A stretch of DNA of 64,000 bases from Lepidodermella squamata (taxonomy: Eukaryota > Animalia > Gastrotricha), in contig JBLDXI010000030.1 in the NCBI GenBank assembly GCA_047495785.1, forward strand, positions 620,001 to 684,000, read 5' to 3'. The notes under the pieces are model-generated. The model had not been told where the DNA came from and did no database searches. It saw nothing but the letters and a program-made list of their open reading frames with translations. Shown piece after piece: positions 46,664 to 58,753 of this stretch. Each line of letters opens with the position of its first letter. Position 1 is the stretch's first letter. A program made the translations under genes and the position numbers.

Positions 46664-48276
46664 CTATTGAACTATAACAGAGCCAGTGTTAAGCCGTCGA
46701 TACGCTGCGTTGCGCATCATGTTTTGAACGAGCCCGAGGGCCATGATGAAAGAGCATAAACTTGTACCGGATAGCAGGATGAAGCTCCATTTGAAGCAGC
46801 CCAAGCCGTAACAATATATTTCGTGAGGCTGGTAAATTCCAGCTTCGTAGATTGCACTGAATGAGAACGTGAACGGGAATCCTGAACAAAACCTTATAAC
46901 TCAAGCCCAATTAATGGTTCAAATATGATACCTAATGCTGCTGAAGTGACTAAAGCAACTCCCCAGTTTGAACCGAGATGCTTTGACCCGAATAACTCTC
47001 CAAGAATTGTCGGGGTCTGGCACCAGGTAAAACCCGTCGCCAGGCCAACTGCGATATCCGTCATGAGAATGACCACTAGCCTATCGCCATAAAACGCCGA
47101 AATCAACAAAAACAGAGTCTGCAGGGCATACGGCACGAGGAACACAACAGACCGCGGCCAGACATTGCGATGCGCTATCCAATCGGAAATTATTCCAGCC
47201 GCAAATTTCGCAACAGCCTGCATCGCAGTGGAGAGGGAAGTCACCAACATGTTCTGTTCGTTCAAATCAAATGATCGAAGATAGGACGGTAGATTCGCTT
47301 GGTAAACGATCTGGGAGCAGCCGCTCAGAACGAACTGGAGTAGGATGAAGTAGAAATTCCAATGGTAGATCACCTTTGTCACCGGGGTTTCGTGGAACGG
47401 ATATTCAGAGAAGTCACTAGGAGGTTTGTTCGGCTCATGTGACAGAATTATCTCTGCCGAATCTTCAGAGTCCTTGGTTAACTCGACCCCAACAGCCATT
47501 GTGCCATAATTTTCACTCTCTGATTCGTCGTCATTCTTCTTAGACTTGGCGACGTCAACATTTCCGACAAAAACGAAGGCCAGGCTGAACATGACCATAG
47601 AATAAATGCCAATTGCTAGGAAGTAACCCGCCAGATTCTGCTTACCCTCCTCGCCACTTTTCGTGTGGCCATTCGTGAAAAATGAGTTGTAAATTATCGA
47701 AAGCATCGTAGGGCCAACGCTAAGAGCTGCATCAACTATCCCGATGACTTTCCCGCGTTGTTCAAAGTCAAAATTCTCGGCATTTGGTAGAATGATTGCC
47801 ATGTACATGAAAGACCCGGATAGACCGACTAGAAAGTAAAGAAACTGAACAAGCCACTGTTCCCTGGCGAAGAACGGCACCCAATCTGGGATGCCGCCCG
47901 TTCCAAGCCATAGGAAGAACAGCCCTATCGCGGCGAGTATTGTCGACACCAGAACATTCATCTGCGTGCCGTATTGTTCGTAGAGGAGCCCAGCCGGGAA
48001 GCCGAGGGTCCCGCCAACCCCGCCAAGGGTTGAAACGAGATTTGCGTTGGTCTCTGTTTGGTTGTAGATGCCCCTCATAGCGTTTTGCCACGTGTTTTGC
48101 CATACTGAGGCTGCGGCGGATGCGCTGAGGCATGCGACGACTAGGCTGACCCATTTACCGGTTGTTCGATGGTTGTTTCTTGCGGAGAGCAGCGGGAACC
48201 ACCGCGTGGCATAGCGCCATTTCTCAGCACTAGAATCCAGGCAAGATTTAGCCTTATTCCAACATCTCGCAGACAT
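46664..48276 (-). CDS. Major facilitator superfamily transporter (nodulin-like/MCH1-type); short last intron near 46905-46858
   Basis: About 12 TM segments, GLLYEQYG, GIISDWI and ELFGSKHLGSNWG motifs. Last exon AIYEAG...CYGLGCFKWSF...VQ* ends at 46664. Confidence 0.85.
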
Positions 48277-48382
48277 TTTGAAGATAGGAAAAACAGGAAA
48301 GTAATGTGAGTTCTTATTCTTTTTATTATCTTATCAGTATAATTATATATCAGCTGTCGCGAGACATTGTATAGATAAAAGG

Positions 48383-49766
48383 TTAGCTTCGGGTTAGTGC
48401 TACGCTGTTTCGTAATCTTAGCACAAACCCAGGCCTAACAAGTTGGACTATTGGAACTAGAGCCATTTGCAGCATGCAGGCCATTACAGCTGATTTGTGG
48501 AACCAAGATGAATACGCGTGATAGCCAAAGCTGGAGTAGAAAACGGGGAATATGAAGCAGAGCATCATCGGGACGTTGAATACGCTGTAGAGGGAGACGG
48601 AAATGACAGATTGACGGGCGAAGAATAGCTCTTTGATTCGCCAATCGTTTGACTGGCTGCTTTTGGATGTTGTGTTTGTAGATCCCCTTTGTTCCATCGA
48701 CACCTTTGCACCTCGAATTTTCGTGAAAATTAGCCTAAAAATGAAAAATGAATACGGTTTTCTATGAAATTAATCTGAAATTTCAAATTTATTCTACGAA
48801 TTATGATTTAAAAACAAATGAATTTTCGAATTTTTTAATTGTCTTAAACTAGGTCAAACCAGTAATTGTAAGACATCGCCGAGCCTGGACCGACAAAAAT
48901 TAACGAGAGGAAAATTAGCTGAAGTAGCGAAGAGTCGATGTCACCGGCTAATTTGTTGTAGAACGCAGCGCAGACTTGAGTTGTGCCATTAGCAATTATT
49001 CCGTTGTTCGCTGTAGCGGATGGGATGGCTTTCACTGTGAAGCTCAATAAAGGATAGATGGACGTGAAATACACAGCAATGCCGCAGATCAAGAACAAAA
49101 CCAAACATGCTGAGGATATCTGAAAATTGTCATTATAAATTATGCATTTTATTTTTAAAAAATTTTTAAAAATTCTGAGTAAGCTAGAAAAAATTGAAAT
49201 TCGCTGGATTATGACGAAATTTCAAAAATTTCAAAATTAAATTTAAAATTATTTCGATTGATAAATTTAAAAAAAATTAATAGCCTACTTTATCTCACCT
49301 TTTTCCAGTTGCTTTCAATCATTGGTGTTTTGGACAGGACACAAACTCGGCGTTCATAGCTGATCAGAGCCAAAACACAGACCGCGAAACAACCGATGGT
49401 ACTCATCAGCCAAAGTAAGGCTGAACACGCCGATGAACCAGCCGTCCAGTTGCCATCGGGCAGAGTGATCAATAGCATGATGCTGTAATCAACCGCAAAC
49501 GCCATGTTGCTAACGTTCAAAATCGTGACAAGGATCAAAAATGATCTCTTCACAGCTCGTTTGTGATAAACGATGATGTTTGTTGTATTTGATACGACAA
49601 GTAACAGGGTGACAAAAATAACTGGCAGGGTGTATGCCAGCCGGTCGATGACTGTTATCGCACTCAAATCGTGGATCCAGCCGACAAAGTACGGCCTCGG
49701 TGCATCGAAACCAGTTTCTGGGAGGTTCAAAACTATCCAAGAATCTTTAATGCAGGTCAAATTCAT
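48383..49766 (-). CDS. Divergent rhodopsin-like (class A) GPCR, 3 exons
   Basis: W..G...C in ECL1/TM3, ISYERR (DRY-like), LIFVGP in TM5, FNVPMM in TM6; seven hydrophobic segments across ORFs 49290-49766, 48844-49104 and 48383-48703. Confidence 0.8.
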
Positions 49767-50131
49767 CGTGTTTTTCGCAGTTAGGATCTTAGATGAACTG
49801 AAACTAGCAGACTAGCCCGAATTTTGAAACCAGGTAGGGCTAATTCAGAAGCTTGCCAGACTGTTTTCACGCATAAATGCGATCCTCGTTCATTGGGACA
49901 AATTTCCGGCTTTAACCAAATCAATAACACAATTAGGATTTCAAGTTGTTTATGGTAAGTTGAACCATCCTTTCCAGGTTTGTCCTCCAATAACGTTTGA
50001 TTTACTAAAGCTGAATGCTGAATGCTGAAAATATTTGATTTTTTTTATTATTGCTGCAACCGACAATTTTTATTGATGAAGCTATTATTGAAACACACTA
50101 TTCAATTTTAAATTCATCGCAAGTAACTAGG

Positions 50132-51518
50132 TCACTTTTTGCATTCCAAGCTAGGCAACCCAATACTTGTGTATCGCTCCTCGCATTCGTCCGATTCCAA
50201 TAAGTGTAAATTAAGGAAAAATCGGTTGAGATGCAGCAAATCGGGCCGCGTGAAGGCGAGTTCGTTGACGACCCCGATCGAAATTCGCTCCCATTCAGGT
50301 AAAAGTTCCTCGATGACACAGTCGAAACACCGCCGCCTGAACTGCGCGTCTCTTTCGTCCGGGAACGTGCTTTTCAGGTACCAGTCCAAAATAGCTCGCA
50401 ATCGATCGGCAATCGATTTTATTTTTTCAATTTTCTTGAGCTGACGAGGATTAGCGTCACATACTAAGAAAAATTGGTAAAAAATTGAAAAAAATCGAAG
50501 TAATTAATTGAAATTTTTGAATTTGAACTGAAAAGAAATGAAAAATTTAAAATTGTCGAATGACATTTTTTTATGAAAAATTTGGCCGTCAGAATTAGAA
50601 AAATCCTCCTTAATTGTTTTGATGCGCGTTTTAATTTTTAACCTCGAAAAAATGTTGCGGCTTGAAGCAGAGAAAATTCAACGAAAGTTGGGTGCCATTG
50701 GGCCATGACAGCTCTCATTTTGCCAACAGGACCAAACAGGCGTTTATGCATCGGAAATTGTTCAACGAAAATTTGCTCAAATTCGCCATTCATCGCAAAT
50801 AAATGCCCAGCACAACTTGGCAGTGAAGATTGCAGGACGATCATAGAAATTAGAGAGCGGGAAAATAAATGGCAAACATCGCAGTTAGGTATCGAAACAG
50901 CTAGAGATCGAAGCGTTTTAGCCAGAGTGGCGCCGGCTGTTAACATTTCTCCAAAACAGTCCATCGAATGGGCCCAAGTTGAAGAATCTCTAAAAAAATT
51001 CAAAATAAAAATTCTTCCTTAAAATTTTTTCCTGATTTATTTTTAGAAAATGTAGAATTTTTCATTTAAATTTAAATTTATTTATCTGGTAATTTTATTA
51101 TTAATTCTGAAATTTACGTGAAAGTTTTTTGGCCAGACCAATCGATCGATTCGATTGTCGATAGTTCAGAAGCGGCTGCTAGTACGATTTTCAAAATTTT
51201 CTCAGCATTCGCGAGTTCAGGCCTCAGCGTCGCCTCCGGCAGGCGGCCCGTTGAAAATTGCTCATAAACTTTGAAACACGTGTCCAATTTGCAGCGAATG
51301 CAATAACGCGGTCGATTTGTGAGCGATGACTCATCGCCAGGTCGCGTGTTGGGTGGTGCAATTTCGCATGACCCACCGCCGCCGACTATGCAGGTCAAGT
51401 TATCTCGGCCATCTTTGTAGTGCCGAATAAAATTGAGGCAATCAACACAGAAAGGCTGAGATGCGGCGTCCGCCAGGCACACCCAGCATTTAAAACGGTC
51501 GCAGGCTTGAACAGACAT
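50132..51518 (-). CDS. Divergent nuclear-receptor-like protein 1 (C4 zinc-finger DBD + short helical domain), 3 exons
   Basis: CWVC...CVDCLNFIR...C...C...CIRCKLDTCF; downstream exons paralogous to the next gene (LQSSLPSC, ELAFTRPDLLHLN). Confidence 0.72.
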
Positions 51519-51691
51519 CGCAACAACTAGAATTCATCTGCGATTATTTTGGAAAATAATCCATAATAAACAGTGTCTATTATTTCCGGGTCGATTTAAA
51601 AAATGCCCTAAAAAAGGACAAAAAAGAGACAACAAGCTGTGTTGCGTAATTTCTATAAAAAAATTAGCCTCCTTAACTATTTTTTGAAATT

Positions 51692-53281
51692 TTATTTCAT
51701 TTCAATGCTTGGCAATCCGATAGCACGGTAGCTCTCTTCACATGCGCCAGCATCAAATCGGTGAAGTTGGATAAAATTTTTATTAAGGTGGATAAGGTCA
51801 GGCCGGCTGTTAGCAAGTTCGTCAACTATGCCCAAGGCCGTTCTTTCTAACTCGGGCACCAGCTGATGCAGGACCAGGTAGAAGAACTGCCGCCGGTTGT
51901 TGTAGTCGTTTTCGTTGTTGAAATTGCGACGGAGAAACCAGTCGTGAATAGCCTCCAAGCTATCGGAAACATTCCTGATACCGGTTAAATTCTGAACCTG
52001 CCACGAATGCGTCCCGCTTGCTGTAAAAATAATTAAAAATTCAGCCAAAAATGAGAAAAATTGTAAATTATTTTTTAAAAGAGAATTGAATTTGTTTAAT
52101 TGAATTTTCAAAAATATTAAAATTGAAGAAATTTCAAAATTTTCCTTAACTAAAAATTGTGCAATTTTTTAATAAAATTTGATAAAATTTACTTCGAAAA
52201 AACGTCGTGGCTACAAGAAGGCTGAACTCGATGATAGTCGGTCACCAATGTTCCATAATAAGCGACAGCTTTCGTATGCCACTAATTATCCGCCCATGTA
52301 TAGGAAAGTAGGACATAAAGCTAGGCAGAAAACCCTGGCTCATGGCGAAGAAGCGATCGCCACAGCTGGGTAGTGAGCACTGCAGGATAAGGATTGGTAA
52401 AAGGGAGCGGGAAAACAAGTGGCAAAAGTCGCTGTCTGGCAGCGATGGGGCGAGAAAGCGAAGGGAACGAGTGAATACAGCACCGGCTTGCAGCATATCG
52501 GCGAAACCAAGCATGGTCTGCGCCCAAACGGTGACATCACTAAAGAAAAAGAGAAAAATTGGATAATATTATCTCAAATCTTTGATGACTGAAAGCTGAA
52601 AGCTGAATGCTGAAGCCAAAATCATCTAAAAATATTTTACCCAAAAATTGGAAAAATTGAAAATTTCAGAATTTGTTGCGCGCAATATTCTTCCCCAAAA
52701 ATCGCATAAATTGTTGTAAAATACCCCTAAAAATCGAATTCAACCCTGAAGTTTCGACTTTCTTATTTCTGTAAAACTTTAAAATTTCTCAAAAAGTGAT
52801 CGAAAAAGGAAAGAGTGTAAAATAATTCATAATTTCCCAAGTTTGAAACATTTTTTCCCTCAATAATTTACCTGTGACATTTTGGTTTTGGCCATTTGAT
52901 TGCCTCTACAGCTGATAAAGTTGAGATTGCTGGCGTCAACATTTGCAAAACTTGCTCCGAAATAGTCAATTCGGGCCGAGAAATTCGGGTCGCAACAGCC
53001 CCAGTTTTACTCGTCACTCTTTCAACCTGGAAGCATCGATCTAACCGGCACCGGATGCAGTTGCGGCGGCGCTTCGATCCGCCCATGAAAAGTGACCTAA
53101 AATCGATTAGGCAGTTGCCAAAGCCAGCTTCGCATTTGTAAGAGCTGTGAAAGGCCTTGTGATGGTCGAAAAACTCAGCGCATTCGCTGCAAAATGGCGA
53201 CGAATTTGGCGATTTTTCACTAGAGGAACTTGCAAAATCCGACAGGCAAATCAGGCATCGAACGAAACTACAAGAAGTCAT
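51692..53281 (-). CDS. Divergent nuclear-receptor-like protein 2, 3 exons
   Basis: CLIC...CSECAEFF...C...C...RRRNCIRCRLDRCF; LQCSLPSC and ELANSRPDLIHLN. Confidence 0.75.
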
Positions 53282-53489
53282 TCTTAAGGTTTTTACGGGG
53301 AAAAAATTGAAAAACAGACTTTTATGAGATTGATGTGAGAACTAGCTAAAGACCTAATTAAGGCCAGTTTTTTAATTAGTGCAAATTACGTAACAGCTGG
53401 GCGGAAAAGTTTTCTTGATGTCCTTCTAGTTTTTCATTCGTGTGAGTAAGCGATTAATTGTATTTACTTTAAATTAATTAATTAAACTT

Positions 53490-54200
53490 TCAAAGTCATA
53501 AGTCCGATAACAAGGTAGCGTTCTCCGCATTCGTCAGCATTCAGCCAGTGAAAAATCGGTTCAGATGAACGATCAGGCCGAAAATTGGCTAGCTCGTCGA
53601 TGACGCTGAAAGCTGCCTACTCGAATTCCGGAACCTATTGCAGGAGGACCACATTGAGCAAATGCCACGATCTAAAATTTATAATAATTTATTTGTGAAT
53701 AATATTTAAGAAAATTCAGATTTTATCCAATTTTAAGAAATTTACAATTTTTTTATTTTAATTTTTAACAAATCTTTACAATTTTTAAAATTGGAAATTT
53801 TCGGCATTTTTCAAGATTTTGTGCGGTAAAATTACCTATAAAAAATGTTATTGCTTGGAGTAGGCTGAATTCAGTATATTTGGCCGCCACTCAGCCATAA
53901 CGGCCAATATTTTTCAAATCGCATCAAACAGTCGTCGATGAATCGGGAAATAAGCGACAAAAATCTATGCAAATTCTTGGCCCATGTCAAAGAAATGTTG
54001 TGAACAACTCGGCAGCGAGCATTGAAGGATGACGATAGGCACGAGAGACCAAGATAATAAATGACACAAATCGCTATTCAGGATTAAGTTGTCGCCAGAG
54101 CTATATTGATTGAATTGATCGAACAAAATCAGCGCCAGATTGCATCATTTCACCGAAAGCAATCACCGAATTGGTCCATACTGATTGATTCGTCGCTAAT
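53490..54200 (-). pseudogene. Third, degraded nuclear-receptor-like paralogue
   Basis: PIVILQCSLPSCSQHFFDMGQEFA* and LLQ*VPEFE*AAFSVIDELANFRPD, with in-frame stops and frameshifts. Confidence 0.75.
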
Positions 54201-55195
54201 CAAAAACGAAAGAAAAATCGAAATAAAATCAACATTTTATATATTGGGACTTTCGAGTATTTTCGCCGAAACCCGAAATAACTTTTCCATCCTCCATCCG
54301 GTGACCTCAACATTCAGAATTTTAAAGTTAATTTTTTAAATTTCAAATGTCTAAACAAAAAAAGGTTTTCATTTTGATAAAAATTACTGACTTGGCCATT
54401 TGATCGATTCGAAAACTGATATGCGAATCAAAGATCAAATTGCATTTTTCATGCCTGTTTACGTGAGCTTGTTCAGGCCAAAATTAGGCCCCTTTACCAC
54501 GCCAGCAGTTATTGGATTTTTTTCAGATTTCATAAAAGCCACAGTCGATGTCGCTTTAGACGCGATCAAATTTGTCGTATTCTAGAATTTTGCTGCTGTT
54601 TTTCACGATAGAAAGATGGCCATCATTTTTTACTATTTTTCGAGTTTAGAAAAATTCGATGAAATACGGTATATAATATCCAGTTTCCAGTTTCAGTAAG
54701 CCCATGGAGTAAAAACCATTTTTTTCCGATTTCCCGACGACTTTATTTGTAAAAATCATGAAAATAAGTGCGAAGGCACCACAGTCCACAGTAGAAAAAG
54801 TTAGTGTCGAGTTGAATGACAATAATATCAGTTGAGGTAGCATCAGATAAGAATCGCACCCATGAATGAAGTTGCTTTGAGCTATGAGAGGTAGGTACAG
54901 CTACGTCTCATTGTTGAAAGCTAAAAAGGCAATTCTAAACTTGTTGCCACCGGCTAGATTCCCTAAGGTTAAGGTTAATAAGATTTCTGTTTCACATGAG
55001 AAGCCAATATTAGATGGATTATTGAGATGAGTTTTCATGACGTAAGGTTATATAATAATAATATATAATATAATATATAACAATAATATATAATAAGGTC
55101 TATAATAAGAGGAAAATTCTACATGTTTCAAGCTTAAATGAGTGACTTTTGAAGTCTGAATTATTTCTAATTTAGCTGCTTGTTGTTTGCAGGTA

Positions 55196-55462
55196 CTAGG
55201 GCGTCGGAGCCAAAATGGTAACGGCGTAGCATTTAGCACTGCAACGGCCAAAAGCGGAGTTGCAGGCGAGAATAGCAGGCGGAGTAGCGGATGACGCCAC
55301 AACTGTTCCAAAAATTGCACCAGCAGCGCCGTAGCAAGCCACAACTAAAAAGGCACAACCAGCTTGACAGATGCCGTACAAAGCAGGGCCGCCAAGAACA
55401 GGCGTGGTCAATTGCAAAGCGATTGCGAGAGCGATGACCAAAATAATGTTGTGTTGAGTCAT
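55196..55462 (-). CDS. Small secreted 6-Cys hydrophobic peptide, copy 1
   Basis: Signal peptide plus GPALYGICQAGC...ACY...ACNSAFGRCSAKC...APTP; intronless; close paralogue at 61351. Confidence 0.88.
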   Translation of the reverse strand: MTQHNIILVIALAIALQLTTPVLGGPALYGICQAGCAFLVVACYGAAGAIFGTVVASSATPPAILACNSAFGRCSAKCYAVTILAPTP

Positions 55463-56691
55463 AATCGTTTGCCTTGGGCGGTGTTGCAGGTAACCTTTAT
55501 TGGTTATCTGATGGCTTGAGTAAAACCTATAATATGATTACAAAACGATAGCTATATAACCTGTCAAATGATGTGTCAATGGCTGAAACTACAAGAAACT
55601 CTGCGCTTTAAAATATATGTGAAAAGAAATGTGAAAAAGGATGAATGAAAAAAATGGAAGATAGCGTCCCTTTTTAAATGGTGGTGGAAGGATCTCGATC
55701 GAAAGTGACACGTCAGCATGGAACTCTCTGGAAAGTTGCCGATTAATCATTTTATGCAGTTAATGGATTTGTTGCTTGGTATCAAAAATATGACGCAATA
55801 AGAATTAGTCAATAATTTATTCTTCCATGCCCCCTGCGCATCCAATATTGTGGCAAATTGCGATGATTATTTCAAAAGAATGTTCGCTATCTCAACCGCG
55901 AACAAGCGGTTGATAAATAGTTCTCATGTCAATGGCTGAAGTTACAAGAAACTCTACGCTCTAAAATAGATGTGAAAGGAAAAAAGGATGAATGGACTTC
56001 CCCGCTACCCGCCCGTCAACCGCCTCAAATACGCTTCGGCAGATACATAGTCGCATTTATTCAATGTAGTCTGGCGGTACTTGATTCTAAATCATCTTCC
56101 AAAAAACAAGTTTTCATTGCAACCAATGCGTCGCAACGAAAAAATCAGTCGTGGCTACGACTCTTATGCGACCAGGTTATACAGGTTACCAGAAGCAATT
56201 AGAAGCGACTGCATTTCTCAACTACATAAATAGCTCGATAAAATTTGGATGCCTCTGTTAAACAAAATACTGCTAAAATATATCGAAATTAATAAGGAGG
56301 AAATTTATACTCTGTATCTAAAACGCCTCTATTTTATAGCCTGTTCTCAACATTTTATCGATGAAAGTGTTCAACAGCTGAATATAGAATATAGCTGACT
56401 AATGCACCCGACTTGAAAGGCTCAAGATCTTTCTAAAATCAAGCACAGGATGCCAATTTAACACTTGAAACTTGTAGATACCGGCCAAAATTCCATAAGG
56501 GAACATCACTTGTAATATTCACATGGTAGCATTGTTCGGCAGAGTTGGCCAGATGTGAAACGGAACGACACGGAGGAACCTTATCATTAAGGCCACAAAG
56601 TGGCAAATCATTAAACGCTTTAAGCTTTAAGCTTAAGTAATTGAACGTTGAAGTCCAGAGGAAAATCAGTCTTGATTTGTTTCATTGTGGA

Positions 56692-56885
56692 TCAAGGCAC
56701 CGGAGCCAAAATGGTAACAGCGGCGCATTTAGCACTGCAAATGCCGAAAGCGGAGTTGCAGGCGATGATTGCAGGCGGAGCAGCGGCTGATGCCAAAAGT
56801 TGCACCGGCAGCTCCGTAGCAAGCGACAGCCAAGCCGGCACAGCCAGTTTGACAGAGGCCGTACAATGCAGGGCCGCCTTTAACT
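56692..56885 (-). pseudogene. 6-Cys peptide copy 2; frameshifted and 5'-truncated
   Basis: GGPALYGLCQTGC... with an ~11-nt deletion after ATFG and no signal peptide; C-terminus ...TILAPVP* is in another frame. Confidence 0.8.
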
Positions 56886-56911
56886 AGCCTCAGCGCTTCG
56901 CTAAGGACCAT

Positions 56912-57061
56912 AATTTATTTATTTATTTATTTATTTAGAAGCTATGACACCCAAGAGATGGCAGCTTGACAATGTTTGAAGGAAAAAGCAACAGATAATT
57001 TCAGGACAGGTTCAGATTTAGGACAGGAAACAAACACAGTAAGAGGAAACAAAGAAGGTTT
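56912..57061 (-). mobile_element. Short 5'-truncated retroposon (LINE 3' end or SINE) with (TAAA)n tail
   Basis: (TTTA)n at the left end; GGACCAT duplicated at 56905-56911 and 57062-57068. Confidence 0.65.
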
Positions 57062-57075
57062 GGACCATTCATCGT

Positions 57076-57369
57076 TCTGAACTGAATTAAGTTTCAGTAA
57101 AGCTTGATACATAACTCATTGGCTCAACAATTTGCCAGATGACGAAAATCAGCGTGCATGCTGCTACAACTATCGATATCCCTTGAATGATAGCTTTTTG
57201 AAGTGCTATCATTGCGACATGTCTGCCCGTCTCAGACTCTGTGACGCTGAATGGCACCCTTTTTCGTACACTTCGGCTGACGTAGAAATGCAAATTCATA
57301 AAGTATATCATAGTAGCCATTCGAATGTACAACGCTGAATTCGTCATCGATAATCCGACTACAGTGAAC
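57076..57369 (-). pseudogene. Fragment (TM3-TM4-ECL2 region) of a class C GPCR paralogous to 19101-19395
   Basis: FTVVGLSM.NSA.YIRMATMI...HVAMIALQK...WQIVEPMSYVSSFTET matches the 18688-21094 gene, followed by a stop. Confidence 0.85.
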
Positions 57370-57452
57370 AAAATTAAAAGATTTTCCCTTTTATTCTTTT
57401 CAGAGCTGGAAAACCTGCAGGATTTCCTACGCGCCGATTTTGAAATTTCCTA

Positions 57453-58321
57453 CACAGGAAAAAAAAGGCATGAATTCAGGCTTTTTGCTAACATTAGCGA
57501 GCTCACACGCGATCCTTGTAATTCGGGCCCTATGCGTATCCTTTTTCAGGCATTTTTTTGAAAAGGCATTAACCGCATGAACGTTTTTTACAGGCCCTGA
57601 ATTCGTGGGTTTTTAGTTTTATGGATGTGTGAATATTTAAATGAGGGAAAAAAATAGAGAGCAGAAAAATGACACATTGGCGGGGATTCGAACCCTAGTC
57701 TCTAGAGTTTCAGGCGATGATTCTTACCACTTTACTACCAATGCTTAGATGAAAAACTAATGCTCACATCGCCTAATCATCACCTTTTTCTGTTGGACTT
57801 GTGCTTTTTTTTAAATGAAAAATTTTCGGCGCCGAAAAACTGGCATTTGGGCCGATGCGCCGCAGCTTTTTTAGCACCGAAATGCTGAATTCCAATCTGA
57901 ACTGTAACTATGATGCAATCTGGGTTATTTAGGATCACTCGACTCTGTCAAATTAACGATAATTGATATCATTTTGATCATCGTGAAGTGTTTTCTGCTC
58001 GATCCAATGCTATGAGATATTAAACTTGATCGAAATTGGGTGGATACCTCGTCTCGATGCTTATTTTAGCCCGAAAAGTTCAGTAACTGAAGAATAAACA
58101 TCAACGCAGTGTGTTCTTTCAATTGAAATATAATGCGCATTGAAAGGCATGAAAATCAAGCACATGATTTACAAGCTTTCATAAAAAAGCGTGAATTTGG
58201 GTCGCAAAAGTCCTTGTATTTCATGCCCCCAAGTTAGGGCTCGATTTTTTTCCCCGAATTCATGTCGCGCGCTGAGATTCATGCCTTTGAGAACTGAATT
58301 CATGCCTTTTTTTTTCCTGTG
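57453..58321. mobile_element. Non-autonomous CACTA/CMC-like DNA transposon (CAC...GTG, TA 2-bp TSD), nested in another repeat
   Basis: TIR CACAGGAAAAAAAAGGCATGAATTCAG at both ends; GGCATGAA subterminal motifs; TA on both sides; ATTTCCTACGC motif in both flanks. Confidence 0.82.
57673..57744 (-). pseudogene. tRNA-Gly-derived sequence inside the CACTA-like element
   Basis: Minus strand reads GCATTGGTAGTAAAGTGGTAAGAATCATCGCCTGAAACTCTAGAGACTAGGGTTCGAATCCCCGCCAATGTG. Acceptor stem and A/B boxes retained; anticodon stem broken. Confidence 0.75.
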
Positions 58322-58753
58322 TACTAAAATACCACTTCCTTCAACTTTTGACTGTTTCCTTACCCAAAATTATTTTATTTTTCCCAAAATTTCCTACGCA
58401 CCCGGTGCGTCATTTCTGCAAGTTTTTCAGCTCTGATTCTTTTTCGAACGAGAACCCCACATATTTGATCGGCGTAGAATTGCTAACATTTTATTATGGT
58501 TTAAAAACCGATAACATTTACAAAAGTCACTTTTGAAGGGATAGGGGTGACTTTTTAGAAAAATTGGAGTGCGGACGAAACATAAGTGGGCCTGGAATTG
58601 TGCATCATGACACCCTGAAAGTTCCGAAAGTAGTTTTGAGCCCGTGATAATTTCTATTTTTCTATTTTCGAGGAGTCTGTTACGCAAATTACGAACAAAC
58701 ATCGAAAAAGTGATAATCGGAAAAATCAATCGCTTGAACCTTATTACCGCTTT

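Noticed and set aside
9823-52566. Numerous short antisense or overlapping ORFs in the track (for example 10126-10398, 37452-37790, 47768-48154, 52342-52566)
   Set aside because: Shadow frames of well-supported genes with no independent motifs.
57673-57744. Functional tRNA-Phe(GAA)
   Set aside because: Body is tRNA-Gly-like, the anticodon stem cannot pair, and it lies within a transposon.
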